From Macrostomum lignano (Eukaryota), in contig NIVC01001901.1 in NCBI GenBank assembly GCA_002269645.1, positions 124,001 to 188,000 on the forward strand: 64,000 nucleotides of DNA. Direction: 5' to 3'. Below are positions 63,301 through 64,000 of the stretch, piece by piece (the stretch's first letter is position 1; the number at the start of each line of letters is the position of its first letter). A program made the translations under genes and the position numbers. The notes beneath the pieces are model-generated. The model was given only the letters and a program-made list of their open reading frames with translations, made no database searches and was not told the DNA's origin.

Positions 63301-64000
63301 ATCCATTCTATTCCTTCATCCGTGATGGCTATAGATTAGCAATCCATTTTATTCCTAGCCTCCATGTAATAATGGAAGCCTCCATTGGCCTCCATTACGT
63401 ACATGCTCGAGCGATTAGCACATCCATTCTATTCCTTCATCCGTGATGGCTATAGATTAGCAATCCATTTTATTCCTAGCCTCCATGTAATAATGGAAGC
63501 CTCCATTGGCCTCCATTACGTACATGCTCGAGCGATTAGCACATCCATTCTATTCCTTCATCCGTGATGGCTATAGATTAGCAATCCATTTTATTCCTAG
63601 CCTCCATGTAATAATGGAAGCCTCCATTGGCCTCCATTACGTACATGCTCGAGCGATTAGCACATCCATTCTATTCCTTCATCCGTGATGGCTATAGATT
63701 AGCAATCCATTTTATTCCTAGCCTCCATGTAATAATGGAAGCCTCCATTGGCCTCCATTACGTACATGCTCGAGCGATTAGCACATCCATTCTATTCCTT
63801 CATCCGTGATGGCTATAGATTAGCAATCCATTTTATTCCTAGCCTCCATGTAATAATGGAAGCCTCCATTGGCCTCCATTACGTACATGCTCGAGCGATT
63901 AGCACATCCATTCTATTCCTTCATCCGTGATGGCTATAGATTAGCAATCCATTTTATTCCTAGCCTCCATGTAATAATGGAAGCCTCCATTGGCCTCCAT
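48290..64000. repeat. 121-bp satellite DNA, about 130 near-identical copies, running off the right edge
   Basis: ORF track steps by exactly 121 nt; only three 120-bp variants seen (GATTGCAC at about 48535, 49140 and 51921); each unit has a XhoI (CTCGAG) and a SnaBI (TACGTA) site. Confidence 0.99.

Noticed and set aside
48384-63930. About 130 identical 60-aa ORFs (MASITYMLERL...)
   Set aside because: Produced by the 121-bp satellite; non-ATG starts, overlapping copies, no coding features
48290-64000. CRISPR-like array
   Set aside because: Units are identical end to end with no unique spacers; no cas genes; eukaryotic context

Overview
Repeat-rich eukaryotic (animal) genomic DNA with spliceosomal introns and a 552-nt N gap (33129-33680). 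The style suggests a flatworm such as Macrostomum, but that is inference only. Genes, all on the minus strand: (i) a three-exon TRH-receptor-like class A GPCR (47488-37249, 403 aa); (ii) an unidentified multi-exon gene starting MGSCVC (24926 down to at least 928) built from small exons, including 16- and 33-nt microexons; (iii) the putative last exons of another gene (26774-25616), interrupted by a 65-bp tandem array. On the minus strand each unit of that array reads as a 23-nt GT-AG micro-intron plus a frame-preserving 42-nt exon; this is the most unusual feature of the window. Mobile elements: a near full-length Loa/R1-type LINE (ORF1 plus APE-RT-RNase H-CCHC; about 15.5-21.2 kb), an internally deleted RTE-type LINE with a TSD, a frameshifted hAT transposon in GPCR intron 1, two inverted copies of a tRNA-like SINE, and possible Gypsy relics. 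About 25 mini/microsatellites are present. The last 15.7 kb is a highly homogeneous 121-bp satellite that is a three-subunit higher-order repeat of a 40-42-bp family also found at 8.8, 21.6 and 48.0 kb. Most ORFs in the supplied track are artefacts of tandem repeats. All exon models were read by eye from splice signals and frame continuity and need RNA-seq confirmation.
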